A DNA stretch of 17,346 nt. Source: a virus. Each line of letters begins with the position of its first letter. Position 1 is the first letter of the stretch. The stretch is taken from UHGV virus genome UHGV-1699866; one strand, written 5' to 3'. Below the pieces are notes generated by a model. That model was not told where the DNA came from and searched no databases. It was given only the letters and a program-made list of their open reading frames with translations. Shown here piece by piece: positions 16,402 through 17,346 of the stretch. The position numbers were made by a program, and so were the translations under genes.

Positions 16402-16690
16402 AAGCACGATCATCTTCCGCTGCTGATTTACATGCCGCAGTTACTGATATATTGATAACCGGTGCGCTAATCGTGATGGACGACGCTGTCGGTTGACGCG
16501 ATATAACTGAACGATGGCTATCAATGAAGTCCACAATCTCATTCAGGCACTCTTTAGCTGCCTCATCGTGACTTTTTCCGTATGCTTCATGGAGGACTTT
16601 CATCCTCATCATTGCTCCGTCACATATAGTCGAAAGCGCGTAAAGCACATCACTAACCGCCATTTCTTTTTTGGTGCTTGTCGAAGGCAT
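16391..16690 (-). CDS. Hypothetical soluble protein (99 aa), first gene of a coupled three-gene unit
   Basis: AGGAGA 7 nt upstream of the ATG; immediately downstream of a terminator. Confidence 0.5.
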   Translation of the reverse strand: MPSTSTKKEMAVSDVLYALSTICDGAMMRMKVLHEAYGKSHDEAAKECLNEIVDFIDSHRSVISRQPTASSITISAPVINISVTAACKSAAEDDRAYAE

Positions 16691-16715
16691 CCCATGTTCT
16701 CCTTTGTCTGGATGT

Positions 16716-16741
16716 AAAAAAGCCCCGGCAATTGCCGAGGC
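16716..16741 (-). terminator. Rho-independent terminator
   Basis: Transcript GCCUCGGCAAUUGCCGGGGC (stem with one G-U pair) followed by UUUUUU; shares the GCCUCG...CGGGGC-U-run architecture with the terminator at 16014-16043. Confidence 0.65.
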
Positions 16742-16764
16742 TCGTTGTTCGTTATCGTTACGGT

Positions 16765-16962
16765 TTAATGCTCGCGTCGTCCGGCGACAACTTCGGATTT
16801 GTATTTCAGGTCGCCCAGCAAGAATTGCAGTTTAAGCATCTTTGCCGCCGTGTAGTTTCCTGATTCCACAACCTCTTTCATGAGGTCATAAACGGCCGCA
16901 ACATCATCAGCCAGGAACTATTTGCGTTGCTGCTCAGTCGCACGTTTGAAGGAAATACGCAT
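16765..16962 (-). pseudogene. Small ORF interrupted by an in-frame amber codon (14 codons, TAG at 16918-16920, 50 further codons); possible nonsense-disrupted 65-aa gene
   Basis: ATG at 16962-16960 overlaps the stop of the 89-aa gene (TGATG); MRISFKRATEQQRK-TAG-FLADDVAAVYDLMKEVVESGNYTAAKMLKLQFLLGDLKYKSEVVAGRREH. Confidence 0.3.
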
Positions 16963-17231
16963 CACTCATCATCTCCTGCCGCACATACAACCTCACAAAA
17001 AACATCAGCGGAATGTTTCTTTTTGAATGAATGGCGCTCAAAACCGCACTCAATATCAGGCGCAAAAACATCCACCACATACGGTCTTTCAGAATGTTTG
17101 TTTTCCCAACGATAAACCGTAGTGACGTTGAAATGTTTTAACGCTTCACGGAACTCAACGCTGCCCGTCAGGTTTTTTGAGGTCAGGTATTGCAGGAGGT
17201 TTTTTACTACTTCACGGTCTTGTACTTTCAT
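16962..17231 (-). CDS. Hypothetical protein (89 aa), Cys-containing C-terminus
   Basis: GGAG upstream of the ATG; coupled to the downstream small ORF; no motif recognised. Confidence 0.45.
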   Translation of the reverse strand: MKVQDREVVKNLLQYLTSKNLTGSVEFREALKHFNVTTVYRWENKHSERPYVVDVFAPDIECGFERHSFKKKHSADVFCEVVCAAGDDE

Positions 17232-17281
17232 CGGGTTATCTCCGGTTTAACCAGGGCGGGTATCGCTCGGTTTCGGGTATA

Positions 17282-17310
17282 ACCATAGGAAATTTTTTCC
17301 CACCTGTAAA
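17282..17310 (-). promoter_or_regulatory. Candidate sigma70-type promoter (TTTACA, 17-nt spacer, TATGGT) upstream of the 89-aa gene
   Basis: Minus-strand -35 TTTACA (plus 17305-17310) and -10 TATGGT (plus 17282-17287); AT-rich context, so pattern match only. Confidence 0.3.
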
Positions 17311-17346
17311 GCACTTTTTATATAAATCTATAATTATATAATTCTA

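Larger units (their letters stand above)
1..17346 (-). mobile_element. Prophage late-region segment: cargo genes, packaging, lambda-type head and contractile-tail genes (incomplete at both window edges)
   Basis: Unbroken minus-strand gene array with terminase, portal, protease, capsid, sheath and tube in canonical order; many 1-4 nt stop/start overlaps typical of phage late operons. Confidence 0.85.

Noticed and set aside
16052-16690. Interpreting the small membrane proteins as the phage holin / lysis cassette
   Set aside because: No endolysin-like or spanin-like ORF is adjacent and the 99-aa partner has no lysozyme motifs; the lysis cassette is probably outside the window or absent.
1-17346. 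CRISPR array, IS element / transposase, integrase or attachment-site repeats
   Set aside because: No regular repeat-spacer periodicity, no transposase- or integrase-like ORF, and no long direct repeats at the window edges were seen.

Overview
The window is one continuous, minus-strand late-gene segment of a tailed prophage, most likely enterobacterial (inferred from the gene families, not from any search). Reading in the direction of transcription (high to low coordinates): (i) 17231-15592, small cargo genes in three short transcription units, each followed by a hairpin plus T-run terminator; (ii) 15357-12625, a tightly coupled three-gene cassette of a ParB-like protein, a ParB-N-domain/SAM-methyltransferase fusion and a 239-aa protein with no motif I recognise; (iii) 12624-12069, a 556-bp non-coding region with a GC-rich block and an AT-rich block carrying iterated motifs, a candidate cos/pac and late-promoter region; (iv) 12068-3992, a second ParB-like paralog coupled to the small and large terminase subunits, then lambda-type head genes (W-like, portal, ClpP-like protease/scaffold, D-position protein, gpE-family capsid) and head-completion genes; (v) 3995-83, a contractile-tail module (sheath, tube, chaperone pair with a T_TTT_TTG frameshift site) ending in a coiled-coil ORF at the tape-measure position that stops after 229 codons. 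No integrase, lysis cassette, rRNA, tRNA, CRISPR array or IS element was found. The most interesting candidate for an undescribed system is the ParB / ParB-methyltransferase / unknown cassette inserted next to the packaging genes and flanked by ParB paralogs; the coupled three-gene unit with two small membrane proteins is a second candidate. All functional calls rest on motif recognition and gene order by eye; no database search or computation was run.
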